The notes: generated from the sequence alone by a model not told the origin. Shown: positions 45,274-56,052, numbered from the stretch's first letter. The stretch is DNA of 64,000 nucleotides from Thermodesulfovibrionales bacterium (GCA_049302065.1 JBAQLU010000202.1:254-64253); one strand, 5' to 3'. Program-made: numbers and translations.

Positions 45274-46116
45274 ATGTACAAAAGGATCCTTGCTGCGGTG
45301 AACGAGTTTACCAATTCAGAGATAGCAGCGAGGTATGCCATAGCCCTTGCGAAATCCAGCCAGGCCAAGCTCTCCCTGGTATTTGTTGCTGAAGATAAAC
45401 TGAACGGCGCCGCATTCAGACATGCTGAGAATGCGCTTGAGAGACTTTTCATAGATGCTGAAGATCAGGGCATTGAGGTCGAAAGTATAACTGAAAAGGG
45501 AAGTCCATTCGAAAAAATAAGTGATATTGTGAGGAAAGGCAGGATTGATATTGTTTTTACAGCTACAAGAAGAGAGGATATAGAGAAAAGATATTTTAAA
45601 AAAACACTTGCAAGAGAGTTTATGGTTAAACTGCCGTGCTCTGTGGCAATGGCAAGGATAGTCCACATGGGAAGGACACATCCCAAAAATATCCTTGTGC
45701 CGTTGAGAGGTCAAATGACTCATCTTGAAGAAAGAGGGTGCTTTGCAGCAAGGCTTGCAGAGGTGTTCAATGCCTCAGTAACGCTTTTCCATTTATCAAA
45801 TCCTATAACAAGCTTTTTCCATGGAGAGATCCACCTGAAACCTGCCCAGAGAGATAAGCGAATCCCAAGGGATATAGAGCAGTTCACTGAATGCTTATAC
45901 AGATATCAAATACACCATGAGAAAAAGACAGGGTATGGCGCTGTTTCAAGATCTATAACCATAGAAGCTGCCCATAGACGAAATGACCTTATCATCATGG
46001 GAGCAAGTGAACGGTCCATTTTGAGAAGTATTATAAGCGGCAATCCTGTTGAAGAAGTCCTCCGGGAAACTCCCTCGAATCTGATAATCCTCAAACCAAG
46101 ACTTGAACATCTGTGA
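45274..46116 (+). CDS. Tandem universal stress protein (UspA-family) domains
   Basis: 280 aa with two Usp-like halves, each ending in a G-x2-G...S motif region (IIMGASERSILRSIISGNPVEEV). Confidence 0.75.
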   Translation: MYKRILAAVNEFTNSEIAARYAIALAKSSQAKLSLVFVAEDKLNGAAFRHAENALERLFIDAEDQGIEVESITEKGSPFEKISDIVRKGRIDIVFTATRREDIEKRYFKKTLAREFMVKLPCSVAMARIVHMGRTHPKNILVPLRGQMTHLEERGCFAARLAEVFNASVTLFHLSNPITSFFHGEIHLKPAQRDKRIPRDIEQFTECLYRYQIHHEKKTGYGAVSRSITIEAAHRRNDLIIMGASERSILRSIISGNPVEEVLRETPSNLIILKPRLEHL

Positions 46117-48779
46117 AAATACAAAGCCTGTCAAAAGCAGAAGTTTTAAGAACCCTTGTTAGTTCTGATAAAGGTCTATCTCATGAAGACGCTCAGAGAC
46201 GTCTCAATGAGTACGGTCTTAATGAAATAAAAGATGTCAGAAAAAAGCCTCTTTATTTGAAGCTTGTCTCTCAATTCATTCATTTCTTAGCCATCCTCCT
46301 CTGGATCGCCGCTGCCTTAAGTTTTTTATCAGAGTATCTCCATCCCGGTGAAGGTATGCTCACCCTCGGTTTTGCAATCATAGCGGTTATATTTATAAAT
46401 GCGGTTTTTACTTTTATTCAGGAATACCGTGCTGAAAAGGCGCTTGAAGCTCTCAAGAAGATGTTGCCTTTTTATGTAAAGGTTTTCAGAGACGGAAATG
46501 AAAAAGAGATTCATGCAAGAGAAGTAGTCCCCGGTGATGTTTTCCTCTTGAATGAAGGGGACAAGATTCCTGCTGATTCGAGACTTATAGATGCCTCTGA
46601 ATTAAAGGTGAATAATGCACCGCTCACAGGTGAATCTGAACCAGTGATGCGGGATCCACAGTCTTTTGATGGTGAACTTATCGAAAGTCCGAATATTCTC
46701 TTCGCAGGGACAACGGTTATCAGTGGCTCAGGAAAGGCAGTAGCATTTGCAACAGGGATGACTACGGAGTTCGGCCGCATCGCTCACTTAACAAGTGCTG
46801 TTGAGGCAGGGATCAGCCCTCTCCAGAAAGAGATTACAAGGGCGACGAGACTTGTTGCCACAATAGCTTCGGCAGTTGGTCTGTCCTTTTTTGTTCTCGG
46901 TTTTTTGATAGGCAGAAATTTCTGGGACAATTTTATCTTTGCTATTGGAATAACCGTTGCCCTTATCCCTGAAGGCATGCTTCCCACAATGACGCTCTCT
47001 CTTGCGATGGGAAGTCAGAGGATGGCGAAGAGAAAGGCGTTAATAAAAACGCTTACGTCTGTTGAGACACTCGGCGCTGTAAGCGTCATCTGCACAGATA
47101 AGACAGGTACACTTACACAGAATAAAATGGCTGTAACAAAATTATGGGTTAATGACAGGATAGTTGATGTAAAAGATTTATATTTATATAAGGATAAGAC
47201 ATATGAACTCTTAAGAATAGCCTATTATTGCAACAATGCTCGATTCATGGACGGGCAATATAAGGGCGAGCCGACTGAAGTTGCGCTTCTGAAGGCTGTG
47301 AGGGAAGCCCTTGGGGATTTAAAGTCAGAACGGATAAAAGAGTTTCCGTTTGATTCAGAGCGGAAACGGATGACGACAGTTAATATGATCGAAGGGAAAC
47401 AATTTGTTTTCACAAAGGGGGCTATAGAAGGGCTTTTGCCGTTATGCAGTCACTTGCTGATGAACGGAGAAAAAGTGCCTGCAGACGAAGACCTCGCAAA
47501 AAATATTATTGATGCATCTCATGCAATGATGGATATGGGACTGAGGGTGCTCTCATTTGCTTATAGAGAGATAGAAAGCATTAATAATATAAGCATGGTT
47601 AAGGGGGCAGACATTGAAAACAGCATGGTATTTGCCGGATTGATTGGCCTTGAAGACCCTCCAAGACCGGAAGTTTCTGAAGCAATAAAAAAATGTACTG
47701 AAGCAGGGATAAAAGTAATCATGATTACCGGAGACGGGAGCAGAACTGCGGGCGCAATTGCAAGGGAAATAGGTCTTATTAAAGGTGCCCCTGTTGTTGT
47801 TGAAGGACATGGATTCAATCAGATGAGTGATACTGAACTGAGAGCAAAACTCCTGGAAAAAGAAGTCATATTTGCGCGAATGACGCCGAAAGATAAAATG
47901 AGGATTGTCTCGATCTTGAAAGACGAAGGTGAGATAGTTGCTGTAACAGGTGACGGCGTGAATGATGCACCTGCTCTCAAGAAGGCAGATATCGGCATAG
48001 CAATGGGGATATCAGGCACTGATGTGGCTAAAGAGGCCTCGGACATGATTCTCCTTGATGACAATTTTGCGACTATTGTCAATGCAGTTGAAGAGGGGAG
48101 GACTGTATATGAGAATATAAAAAAATTCATCACCTATATCTTTGCATCAAATATACCGGAGGCAGTACCTTATCTTGCTTATATCCTGTTCAAAATTCCA
48201 CTTCCTCTGACAATAATCCAGATACTTGCAGTAGACCTCGGTACTGATATGCTGCCTGCACTTGCGCTTGGGGCAGAGAAGCCAACACCCGGTATAATGA
48301 AACAGCCACCGCGAAAATTAAAAGAACGGCTTTTGGACCTTCCCTTAATCATCAGGTCCTATCTATTTCTCGGTCCTATGGAGGCTATCGCATGTATGTT
48401 CGGATTTTTCTGGATTTTGTATAATGGTGGATGGATATGGGGAGTAATGCTCCATCCAAATGACATGCTTTATCTTCAGGCAACAACAGCATGCCTTACA
48501 GCAATAATAATCACGCAGATAGGGAATGTCTTTGCATGTCGTTCGTCAAAGGACTCTATATTCAGCATAGGGTTTTTCTCAAACAAGCTTATATTCGCTG
48601 CTATCATGGCTGAACTCCTGCTTCAGCTGTTTATCGTGTACCATCCCTTTGGAAACAGGATTTTTGGTACAGCTCCATTAGGTCTGGATGTTTGGCTGAT
48701 TCTTATTCCCTTCAGCATTCTGTTGCTTGCAGCAGAAGAACTGAGGAAAGTTTATGTAAGGAAACATGAAGTTAAATAA
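46113..48779 (+). CDS. P2-type cation-transporting P-type ATPase
   Basis: LTGESEP, CTDKTGTLTQN, TGDGVNDAPALKKADIG and IPEGMLPT, with 10 predicted helices. GTG start overlaps the usp stop. Confidence 0.9.
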   Translation: MKIQSLSKAEVLRTLVSSDKGLSHEDAQRRLNEYGLNEIKDVRKKPLYLKLVSQFIHFLAILLWIAAALSFLSEYLHPGEGMLTLGFAIIAVIFINAVFTFIQEYRAEKALEALKKMLPFYVKVFRDGNEKEIHAREVVPGDVFLLNEGDKIPADSRLIDASELKVNNAPLTGESEPVMRDPQSFDGELIESPNILFAGTTVISGSGKAVAFATGMTTEFGRIAHLTSAVEAGISPLQKEITRATRLVATIASAVGLSFFVLGFLIGRNFWDNFIFAIGITVALIPEGMLPTMTLSLAMGSQRMAKRKALIKTLTSVETLGAVSVICTDKTGTLTQNKMAVTKLWVNDRIVDVKDLYLYKDKTYELLRIAYYCNNARFMDGQYKGEPTEVALLKAVREALGDLKSERIKEFPFDSERKRMTTVNMIEGKQFVFTKGAIEGLLPLCSHLLMNGEKVPADEDLAKNIIDASHAMMDMGLRVLSFAYREIESINNISMVKGADIENSMVFAGLIGLEDPPRPEVSEAIKKCTEAGIKVIMITGDGSRTAGAIAREIGLIKGAPVVVEGHGFNQMSDTELRAKLLEKEVIFARMTPKDKMRIVSILKDEGEIVAVTGDGVNDAPALKKADIGIAMGISGTDVAKEASDMILLDDNFATIVNAVEEGRTVYENIKKFITYIFASNIPEAVPYLAYILFKIPLPLTIIQILAVDLGTDMLPALALGAEKPTPGIMKQPPRKLKERLLDLPLIIRSYLFLGPMEAIACMFGFFWILYNGGWIWGVMLHPNDMLYLQATTACLTAIIITQIGNVFACRSSKDSIFSIGFFSNKLIFAAIMAELLLQLFIVYHPFGNRIFGTAPLGLDVWLILIPFSILLLAAEELRKVYVRKHEVK

Positions 48780-48807
48780 AAGTTAGCTGTTCCCCTTGCC
48801 CGGATCA

Positions 48808-49872
48808 TTATTTTCTTAAGCGGATGACTTTTTCAGTGTTCTCCAGTATCAGTTGAGGAAAACCATGTGCCTGTTTGATTCTCACATCTCTGTCAAAAGG
48901 ATTTTTTGTCCTGCATATCTTTATATATTCCCCGGGTGTAATATCATGGGTAACCAGGGGAAGATGCGGCCAGCTGTCGATGGGGATAGGGAAATCAGAG
49001 CCGTGCACAAGCCACTCAGATGGAAAGGTTTCGAGGATTTCGGATATGAACGGCAGCCTTGTTGATAAGGAGAGTGCAGAAGTATCTGCCCACAGCCGTA
49101 TGCCGTCTGAATTTACACTCTTCATGAAGGAATAAAAGTCCCGAATCATATTTTTGTCGATAATAGGGAATACCGGGGTGGCACAATGTGCTGCGATCAC
49201 AGTAACCCCGCACTCAAGCGGTCTTTCAAGGTTCCTGTAATTATCCAGTCCCTTTTCCCGAATGCCTTCAGGAAAGGAATACTCAGGCCCCACATGACAG
49301 AGGAGGGGTATATTTGCTGAATGCAGTGCGTTATAGAAATCCCTGTGGCTTGCGTCCATTAGATGCACATGCTGTGTTGAGGGGATCAGTTTTATGAGAA
49401 CGGCTTCTGTCCGGTTAAGAACATATTCGAGTTCCTTATCCCAGTCTTTCCTGTTTGGGCTTACCGATGCTCCAAAGAAAAACCTTTTGGCTGATCCTTC
49501 ATCCTGCAGCCGCCTGTTCAACTCCTTAACTTTCTCTGATAGAAACCTGTTTGAAACCCACAGGTCTGTTTTCCGTTCATCGAGCTCTCCTGTTTTTGGT
49601 GAATAGACCGCATCAAGAGCGAGAAGAACGATCCCATCAATTTCTTCAGACGTAAGCAGCAATTTATGAATAAATCCGAAATATTCATCTGTTGAAATTG
49701 TCCGGTCATTGTTTAAATCAGCTTCCATCCTCACCAGGTCATCTTCAAGCAGGTTATAGAGAATCCTCGTGAACCAGTGCTGGTTATCTTCTGCATTAAA
49801 GTAGACTTCTGTGTCGACCTTGCGTATATCTGTTCCTTTACCGGTTGCGTGACAATGTATGTCTATCCTCAT
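48808..49872 (-). CDS. Amidohydrolase-2-type (TIM-barrel) metal-dependent hydrolase
   Basis: MRIDIHCHA N-terminal metal motif. GAGAGGA SD before the ATG at 49872. Further conserved His/Asp residues (AAHCATP, HGSDFP). Confidence 0.7.
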   Translation of the reverse strand: MRIDIHCHATGKGTDIRKVDTEVYFNAEDNQHWFTRILYNLLEDDLVRMEADLNNDRTISTDEYFGFIHKLLLTSEEIDGIVLLALDAVYSPKTGELDERKTDLWVSNRFLSEKVKELNRRLQDEGSAKRFFFGASVSPNRKDWDKELEYVLNRTEAVLIKLIPSTQHVHLMDASHRDFYNALHSANIPLLCHVGPEYSFPEGIREKGLDNYRNLERPLECGVTVIAAHCATPVFPIIDKNMIRDFYSFMKSVNSDGIRLWADTSALSLSTRLPFISEILETFPSEWLVHGSDFPIPIDSWPHLPLVTHDITPGEYIKICRTKNPFDRDVRIKQAHGFPQLILENTEKVIRLRK

Positions 49873-49922
49873 ATTTATTCCTCTCAATCAGGTCTTATGC
49901 AAAATAGTCTTTCAGATAATGC

Positions 49923-51032
49923 TTAGAAATCTACATGTTCTTCACCTAATTGTTTAATCGCACCATCTTCCCACGCCATCAATCTGACGTAGTGAATTCT
50001 GTTTTTATTGTTCTTTTGAGTTTCAATAAATGTGTACGGTTTATTTTTGTCACACCATGAACCACAGTTCGCATATATTCTATCCTCTACAAACCAGGAA
50101 TCTTTATCAATCTCACTGTCGTGAGAGTGTCCAAAAATAATGATATTCGTATCCCCTTTTTTGCTGATCGTATCTGCAAGATCGCCGAGATACCCGATCT
50201 CTGCCATTACAGATTTGAAGGCTATGCCCTTCCCATGATATGTTTCCCACTGTTCATACAGATTTGCATATTTATCTTTAATATCCTTTACCTTAACAGC
50301 ATATGCCCTGTTCATTCTTATCTCTTCATTTTCACTTATATGCGCCTCTTCCAAAATAGCTTCAAATACTGATTCCGGGAGTTTCTGTGGGCCGAGCATC
50401 TCCAAAAAATCATCAATATATGTCCAGTAATGACGATCTGCACTCCCTGTTTTGGATGCTTTTGTTGCGACAACACGAGATATGAAATACCCGATTGGCA
50501 ATCTGTTTCCAGGGTTATTAACCGGATCCGGTGCATTGAACATTGCATGTGCGCTTCCGTGTTCTGCCAGGAGACGACTGGTTCTATAGATGCTCTTATT
50601 TGCTGCGCTTCCGCCAAAAACGATTCCCGGAAAGTATTTCTTGATAATTTCCCCGGTAATATGCATATCATGATTGCCTGGCATATAAATGACTTTTTTA
50701 CCTTCCTTTGAAGCAAGAGCCCTGAGGTTTTCAACAATATCTTTATTATGTTCAGCTTCTATAATCTCATTGAATGTGGGAGGCACTTCATTGATTGGGC
50801 AGACCCAGTTATCCATAGTGTCACCGAGCAAGATTATTTCCTGAACATCACCTGCTGAAATTAAGTAGCCCAAAAAATCTGCAAAGGCTTTTGCCTCTTT
50901 CTGCCCAAGCCAGTCATAGACATTTTCTGAATTCAGACTTCTGCCTGCTCCCATATGAATATCGCTGACATAAATGCGCTTTTCTGATTTAGAATCCGGA
51001 GATATTTTTGTTTTTGCCATTCTCGCCTCCAT
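49923..51032 (-). CDS. Calcineurin-like metallophosphoesterase (LpxH-like layout)
   Basis: SDIHMG, LLGDTMDNW, PGNHD and FGHSH motifs. Confidence 0.8.
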   Translation of the reverse strand: MEARMAKTKISPDSKSEKRIYVSDIHMGAGRSLNSENVYDWLGQKEAKAFADFLGYLISAGDVQEIILLGDTMDNWVCPINEVPPTFNEIIEAEHNKDIVENLRALASKEGKKVIYMPGNHDMHITGEIIKKYFPGIVFGGSAANKSIYRTSRLLAEHGSAHAMFNAPDPVNNPGNRLPIGYFISRVVATKASKTGSADRHYWTYIDDFLEMLGPQKLPESVFEAILEEAHISENEEIRMNRAYAVKVKDIKDKYANLYEQWETYHGKGIAFKSVMAEIGYLGDLADTISKKGDTNIIIFGHSHDSEIDKDSWFVEDRIYANCGSWCDKNKPYTFIETQKNNKNRIHYVRLMAWEDGAIKQLGEEHVDF

Positions 51033-51068
51033 ATATGATTACGTTAAAGTTTCCCAATTATTCATACT

Positions 51069-52400
51069 TCAGGACCTTTTCAGTGTGATGTGCATGGTAT
51101 CTTCCACGCCGATATAAATAAGACCGTACCCGTTTGTTGTTCTTTTAGTGACATCCAGACGGAACTGATAGGCGCATGTCGGCATCTTGGCAGCAGTGTA
51201 TGTTGCCGCAGCATAATTAACTGTGAATACCCCGCCGTTCCAATGCCGTGTGGGGCCGATATGGTTTGGGTTTGAATAATTGTCTGTTCCATTAGCGGGT
51301 ACGGGAGATACAACGACATTGTGCCCGTACATAGCATTCAGCACATACTCTCTGAGATGGCCATTGCTGTCGCTTGCCTCAAATTCGATGCTCAGATCCC
51401 CTGAGGTGAAATCAACAATGTCGCAGACGTTTACATCGCTACCGTTGTGTTTAATCTTGTTTAACTTTGATACAGGAGGAGTGTTATCAAGCATGAGTTT
51501 CAGGGTTCCATAGGATGGGTCGATGAACAATGCAACAGAAGGCGCCAGGACAGTACCTGCTGCATTCCATTTAAATCCCTGTATCCTGAGCGTAACCCTT
51601 CCATTAATGACTTTTGTTGTATCCCATTTGGCAATCAGGTCAGGGAATATCCATGGCTGTCCCGGCTTTTCAATATAAGGCATCTTGTAGACATTGCTTT
51701 GCCCGCCCTCAGTAAAAGGCCCCATGGCCACTGTTATCCAGTTTCCGCCATCCGGGCTGAACTCATAGTAACTGTTGTAAAGAGGGTCTGAGATGTCGGA
51801 AAAGTTTATGCCGTCTGATGAATACTGTATCTTGTACCGTACAGTATCAGTAAACTGTCCGAACCATCCTGCTATATCAATGGTTGAGCCAAAAGGCGAA
51901 TTTGCCTCTCTGCTGTTGGGCGCAGCCGGATTGATATCAGGATAAGCATAGCCGCTTGCTCCTGCGCCGGTTGTGTGTATATTATTGACTCCGATAACAC
52001 CAACCCTTGTAAAAACGAAAAGGGTGTCATACGGTCTCCCTGTGGGCGTAGGCATAATGGATATGCAGTTTTCCGCTTCTAATGTAACAGAGAGAATATC
52101 GCCGATGTTCCATCTCGTCTCTGTTGCCGGATTTTCATTGTAGATAACCTTGTCAGCTCCATCTATTTTTTGGGTTGCCTTAAATATAATATCCGGCCGG
52201 TTCCCCGGGATTGAGATATCATAAGACCATGCAAAGGTCAGATTAAAATTGCCGTTAAGATCCGTTAGTCCCTCAACTACTAAATCGGTGTTATATCCTG
52301 CGCCGACTTTGTCTATTTCATATGCTTTCACAAGGGCCATGGGAACGCCTAACTTAGTATCTTTATTTACAACCTTTCCCTGGATATTAAAAGTAGCCAT
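51069..52400 (-). CDS. Hypothetical protein with N-terminal carboxypeptidase-regulatory-like beta-sandwich
   Basis: AAGGAGA SD 6 nt before the ATG at 52400. NIQGKVVNKDTKLGVPMALVKAY pattern. No signal peptide. The remainder is unrecognised. Confidence 0.55.
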   Translation of the reverse strand: MATFNIQGKVVNKDTKLGVPMALVKAYEIDKVGAGYNTDLVVEGLTDLNGNFNLTFAWSYDISIPGNRPDIIFKATQKIDGADKVIYNENPATETRWNIGDILSVTLEAENCISIMPTPTGRPYDTLFVFTRVGVIGVNNIHTTGAGASGYAYPDINPAAPNSREANSPFGSTIDIAGWFGQFTDTVRYKIQYSSDGINFSDISDPLYNSYYEFSPDGGNWITVAMGPFTEGGQSNVYKMPYIEKPGQPWIFPDLIAKWDTTKVINGRVTLRIQGFKWNAAGTVLAPSVALFIDPSYGTLKLMLDNTPPVSKLNKIKHNGSDVNVCDIVDFTSGDLSIEFEASDSNGHLREYVLNAMYGHNVVVSPVPANGTDNYSNPNHIGPTRHWNGGVFTVNYAAATYTAAKMPTCAYQFRLDVTKRTTNGYGLIYIGVEDTMHITLKRS

Positions 52401-52446
52401 GTTCAATCTCCTTTTTTCTCAATAACTGTTAAATGTAAGATTTATT

Positions 52447-53727
52447 TTATTTGCAAATTTTCCAGATATATTTGAGATCATCCGTCAGTATCTCCGCAGG
52501 TATTTGATGCAAAGCAGTTTCTGTAGCGCCCATTTCTTTAAAGAAAATCCTTTGGTTTCCAACCAGTCCTGTTTCCGGTATGTCTTCCTTCTCATTTAAT
52601 GAGACAACCTTCACAACACCGAACTTGGCAGGAAGCTCAATTTTGCGCACGTCTATCTCCAGCAGATCATTTGGGCTCAGCTTATCTTTAATACACTTTA
52701 AAGGCTTCTCATTATCATCAAAAAAGGCTGCCATTATCCTGAGATATTTTGCTGTCGGATTGATGATCTGGAGAATAGTTTTTGCGCCTTCCCTTGAGTC
52801 AAATGTGCCTATTATATAAGGACTTAAGATCCCGCCAGATGGTGTGAATATTATGGGACGCTCTTTTTCCACAGTCGCCACAAAGGAAATGCCGCCGGCA
52901 ACATCCTTATTGAGCTTTAAAGAGATATCCACATTCTTTTTTATCCGTTCCGATGCGCCTTTAAGTGGAGGCGTGAATGTTAGCGTAAGCAACCTGAATT
53001 CCCTCGGCTTCAGTACAAAATTTCCGTGATTTTCAACACCTTTAACCGATGGTTTCCAGTCCTCAGGCAGACCCTTAATGATCAATTCAGCGTTCATCTT
53101 TTCTTTTTTTGGATTTGCAACGATAAATTTCAATGAATACGGTTGACCAAAGACCGTCTGGACATTGGTAAAGTTATTCCTTGCATCATTGTTGCTGGTA
53201 TTCGAATCTCCTGAGTGCTCAATCTTCACCCAAACACAAAAGTGATCAAAATCACCAACTGTATAGCCTCCCCATTTACCTGCGTTGCTTTCAGACAAAT
53301 CCCTCAGGTCCCATTCAACCTCTATTGTCTTTTCTGCATCTGCAGTCCCTGCCTGGGTCAGGTTAATGCCTGTTACAGCGCTGATCTCCTTGAAATCCGG
53401 GTATGATGCCCATCCCCATGCCCCGTAAGGTGCGTATGCAAATCTTACGGTGATATTGCTTACAGAAGTTGATCCCAGATTTCTGATTTTTGCAAAGAGC
53501 CTGTTCTTTATCCCTTTTGAAGGCTCGCCGGCTTCATTAAGTATCCCGTCTCCATCATTGTCTGTCCAGATATCTGTTGTCTGCCAAGGTGGTGGTGAGC
53601 CCGGAGGACTGCCCCAGTCGTTAATTGATGGGTCAGTGGCTGTAAGACCTGAGGATGCAAGAAAGCATGATAATACAAAGGACAATACAGTCAGGATTAA
53701 TACCTTCTGATTTCTGCACGGTTTCAT
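52447..53727 (-). CDS. Secreted hypothetical multi-domain protein
   Basis: Signal peptide, a DNDGDGILNE calcium-binding-like loop, and a CARDB/Ig-like segment (IRNLGSTSVSNITVRFAY). Confidence 0.6.
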   Translation of the reverse strand: MKPCRNQKVLILTVLSFVLSCFLASSGLTATDPSINDWGSPPGSPPPWQTTDIWTDNDGDGILNEAGEPSKGIKNRLFAKIRNLGSTSVSNITVRFAYAPYGAWGWASYPDFKEISAVTGINLTQAGTADAEKTIEVEWDLRDLSESNAGKWGGYTVGDFDHFCVWVKIEHSGDSNTSNNDARNNFTNVQTVFGQPYSLKFIVANPKKEKMNAELIIKGLPEDWKPSVKGVENHGNFVLKPREFRLLTLTFTPPLKGASERIKKNVDISLKLNKDVAGGISFVATVEKERPIIFTPSGGILSPYIIGTFDSREGAKTILQIINPTAKYLRIMAAFFDDNEKPLKCIKDKLSPNDLLEIDVRKIELPAKFGVVKVVSLNEKEDIPETGLVGNQRIFFKEMGATETALHQIPAEILTDDLKYIWKICK

Positions 53728-53785
53728 CTTATTTCCCTCCTTGGGGTTTTTCTGTTTATAAAATGCCCTAAAAATCTCCTGAAAA

Positions 53786-54574
53786 CTATTTCATTTCTTT
53801 CACACACCTGAAACCCAGCCACTCGGCGCCGTTCCTTTCGTTCTCTGCTTTTGTACACCAGCGTACGGTTGTGCGTACAAATACCGCCCTGCTTAAAAAG
53901 GCGCCACCCCGCATGACTTTGCATCTCTCACCTCTGAATCCCCACTCACCATCGCACATTTCCCAGACATTACCTGCCATATCATGAACACCGTATGGAC
54001 TGACACCCTTTGGGAATTGGCCAACAGGCGAGGGTAGAGCCAGGCCATATTCTGCTGTGTTTGCATAACCCACCCTGAATTCATTTCCCCATGGCCACCA
54101 CCTTTCATCTGTCCCCCGGGCTGCCTTCTCCCATTCAGATTCTTTGGGAAGCCTCTTCCGTGCCCAATTGCAGTAAGCCGCTGCATCTGCCCAGTTGACT
54201 CCTACCACCGGCTGAGCCGGCTGATTGTATGACCTCCAGCCCCAGTACCTCGGCATCCTGTGCCCTGTTTCCCTCATGAACTTCTCATACTGTCTGTTTG
54301 TAACCTCATATTTATCTATATAGAAGCCTGGAAGGTGTATGATTTTTTTGTAGAGTTCCGACTCAAAGATATCCACCCTGTAGCCATCATATCTATAGAC
54401 CTTCTCAAGGGTTGCCTTATCAATTCCCATGGTAAAGCTGCCGGCAGGGATGAAGACCATAGTGGACTCATCTCGGGGTGTATTAATATCTCTGTTCTGT
54501 CCGTATGCAGAGGGTAATAACATGACCAGAATGATCAAGCATAGGGCAAGGATGATACCTGAGACATTGTTCAT
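53786..54574 (-). CDS. Formylglycine-generating-enzyme (SUMF1) fold protein, exported/anchored
   Basis: FYIDKYEVTNRQY, PVVGVNW, GVHDMAGNVWEM and RGGAF blocks, with an N-terminal hydrophobic helix. Confidence 0.8.
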   Translation of the reverse strand: MNNVSGIILALCLIILVMLLPSAYGQNRDINTPRDESTMVFIPAGSFTMGIDKATLEKVYRYDGYRVDIFESELYKKIIHLPGFYIDKYEVTNRQYEKFMRETGHRMPRYWGWRSYNQPAQPVVGVNWADAAAYCNWARKRLPKESEWEKAARGTDERWWPWGNEFRVGYANTAEYGLALPSPVGQFPKGVSPYGVHDMAGNVWEMCDGEWGFRGERCKVMRGGAFLSRAVFVRTTVRWCTKAENERNGAEWLGFRCVKEMK

Positions 54575-54575
54575 C

Positions 54576-55073
54576 TCAATGCCCTCCTTTAGGTGTCAGT
54601 TCCCACAGGATGGTGCGTTGCCCTAAAGAAGCTCCCTTTGTTACCTCTTCATATCCTTCTTTTTCGAGTTTAACCGTAAACTGTTTACCCCATGCATTCG
54701 AGATAGTGAGAGAAACCACGCCTTCAGAGTCTGTGATCCCTTCAGATATCTTTTTATCCCCTTCGTATATGCTTACTCTTACATCCTTGATTTTCGTTAT
54801 TACGTTCAGATCCATCTGAATGTCGGATTTAAGGATGTAGTCTTTCTTTACCGTTGATTCAGGTATTTTTTTGCATATAGTCGAATAGGAATAGTAAAGG
54901 GTGCTGTAGATTATAATGAACCCTGCCAATGCACCGCCTGCCTGATAACCTGCCTTTTTGATTATGGCTGTAGATTTGAGAACCTTAAAAAGGACTATGG
55001 CAGCTATAAGGCTCAGAGAAAAAATAAGGGTCAGTATGAATACTATGTCATAGGTATCTTTTATCTTCTCCAT
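54576..55073 (-). CDS. Two-helix membrane protein with C-terminal beta-sandwich (carboxypeptidase-regulatory-like) domain
   Basis: Hydrophobic segments IVFILTLIFSLSLIAAIVLF and GGALAGFIIIYSTLYY. C-terminal VRVSIYEGDKKISEGITDSEGVVSLTI. Confidence 0.55.
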   Translation of the reverse strand: MEKIKDTYDIVFILTLIFSLSLIAAIVLFKVLKSTAIIKKAGYQAGGALAGFIIIYSTLYYSYSTICKKIPESTVKKDYILKSDIQMDLNVITKIKDVRVSIYEGDKKISEGITDSEGVVSLTISNAWGKQFTVKLEKEGYEEVTKGASLGQRTILWELTPKGGH

Positions 55074-55176
55074 ATGCTACTCCGAAGTCGATTATTACAG
55101 TAACCAGTTCCGGCATGGTACAAATACTTTTAAGGTACCAATGCTTATAATCTCCTATAGAAAATATCATCCATAT

Positions 55177-56052
55177 TTAAACCTTAAACTCTCCTGTATC
55201 CACCCACTCTTTCTTCAATATTGACCAAAAGTCTACAGCAAGACCTTTTAGAACATATTCATATGGTAACCAGCCATAGCCTGCATTTCCCCAGTCGGTT
55301 CCCCAGGAATTTCTTATGAGGAGAGCGCCTGTTGTTTCTGCTCCGCATGAACCTGAATTTTTGATTTTCATCTTGTCATCATATCCGGCGGCAACGATGG
55401 CATGCCCTCCTAATATCTTTTCTCCCTTGCACGGATAAGGTATCTTCCCTGTCTTATTCGCCTGACTTATGGAGCTGTATACAGTGAAGCCGAACATTGA
55501 AGGATGACCTGCTGCGAGGTATGACTTTATTTGATTCAGCAGGATATTCTTTGCGATACCCGGAGGATCATGTCTGAAATATTTCAGGGTCTGGTAATTT
55601 TGTGCGAACGCATAACAGAATGCAGTTGGTTCAATATCAAAGTCCGATATTTCATATGGCCAGTACTCCTCCGGCGGAACCCCGAATAAAACAAGTGCAC
55701 CCATAGTGCTGCGCAGAAATGCGCCGGTATCTCCAGTCCAGTGAAGAAGGTTACGGGTAATCTTGTAAAGAAACAGTCGTGACGCATCAATATATTTTCC
55801 AAATGCCCTGTTTTCATAATATTCCACAACTCCAGCTCCTGCCTGAGCAGTACATGATCCGAGTGATCCCTGATCATCAACAGGTGAGCACCATACCCTT
55901 AAATCAACTGCTGCAGGAATTTTCAGAGTTCTCTTAAGAAGCCTTGTCGGCGCAAGGACTTGATAAATCTCCTCGTGCTTTTCCGTGTAATCCCTGAAAT
56001 CCGGATAGTCAGGAAGCCAACCCATGCCTGATATTTCACTAAAATGGTGCAT
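55177..56052 (-). CDS. Papain-like (C1 family) cysteine peptidase, no signal peptide
   Basis: DQGSLGSCTAQA (catalytic Cys), GGHAIVAAGYD (His) and IRNSWG. Confidence 0.85.
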   Translation of the reverse strand: MHHFSEISGMGWLPDYPDFRDYTEKHEEIYQVLAPTRLLKRTLKIPAAVDLRVWCSPVDDQGSLGSCTAQAGAGVVEYYENRAFGKYIDASRLFLYKITRNLLHWTGDTGAFLRSTMGALVLFGVPPEEYWPYEISDFDIEPTAFCYAFAQNYQTLKYFRHDPPGIAKNILLNQIKSYLAAGHPSMFGFTVYSSISQANKTGKIPYPCKGEKILGGHAIVAAGYDDKMKIKNSGSCGAETTGALLIRNSWGTDWGNAGYGWLPYEYVLKGLAVDFWSILKKEWVDTGEFKV

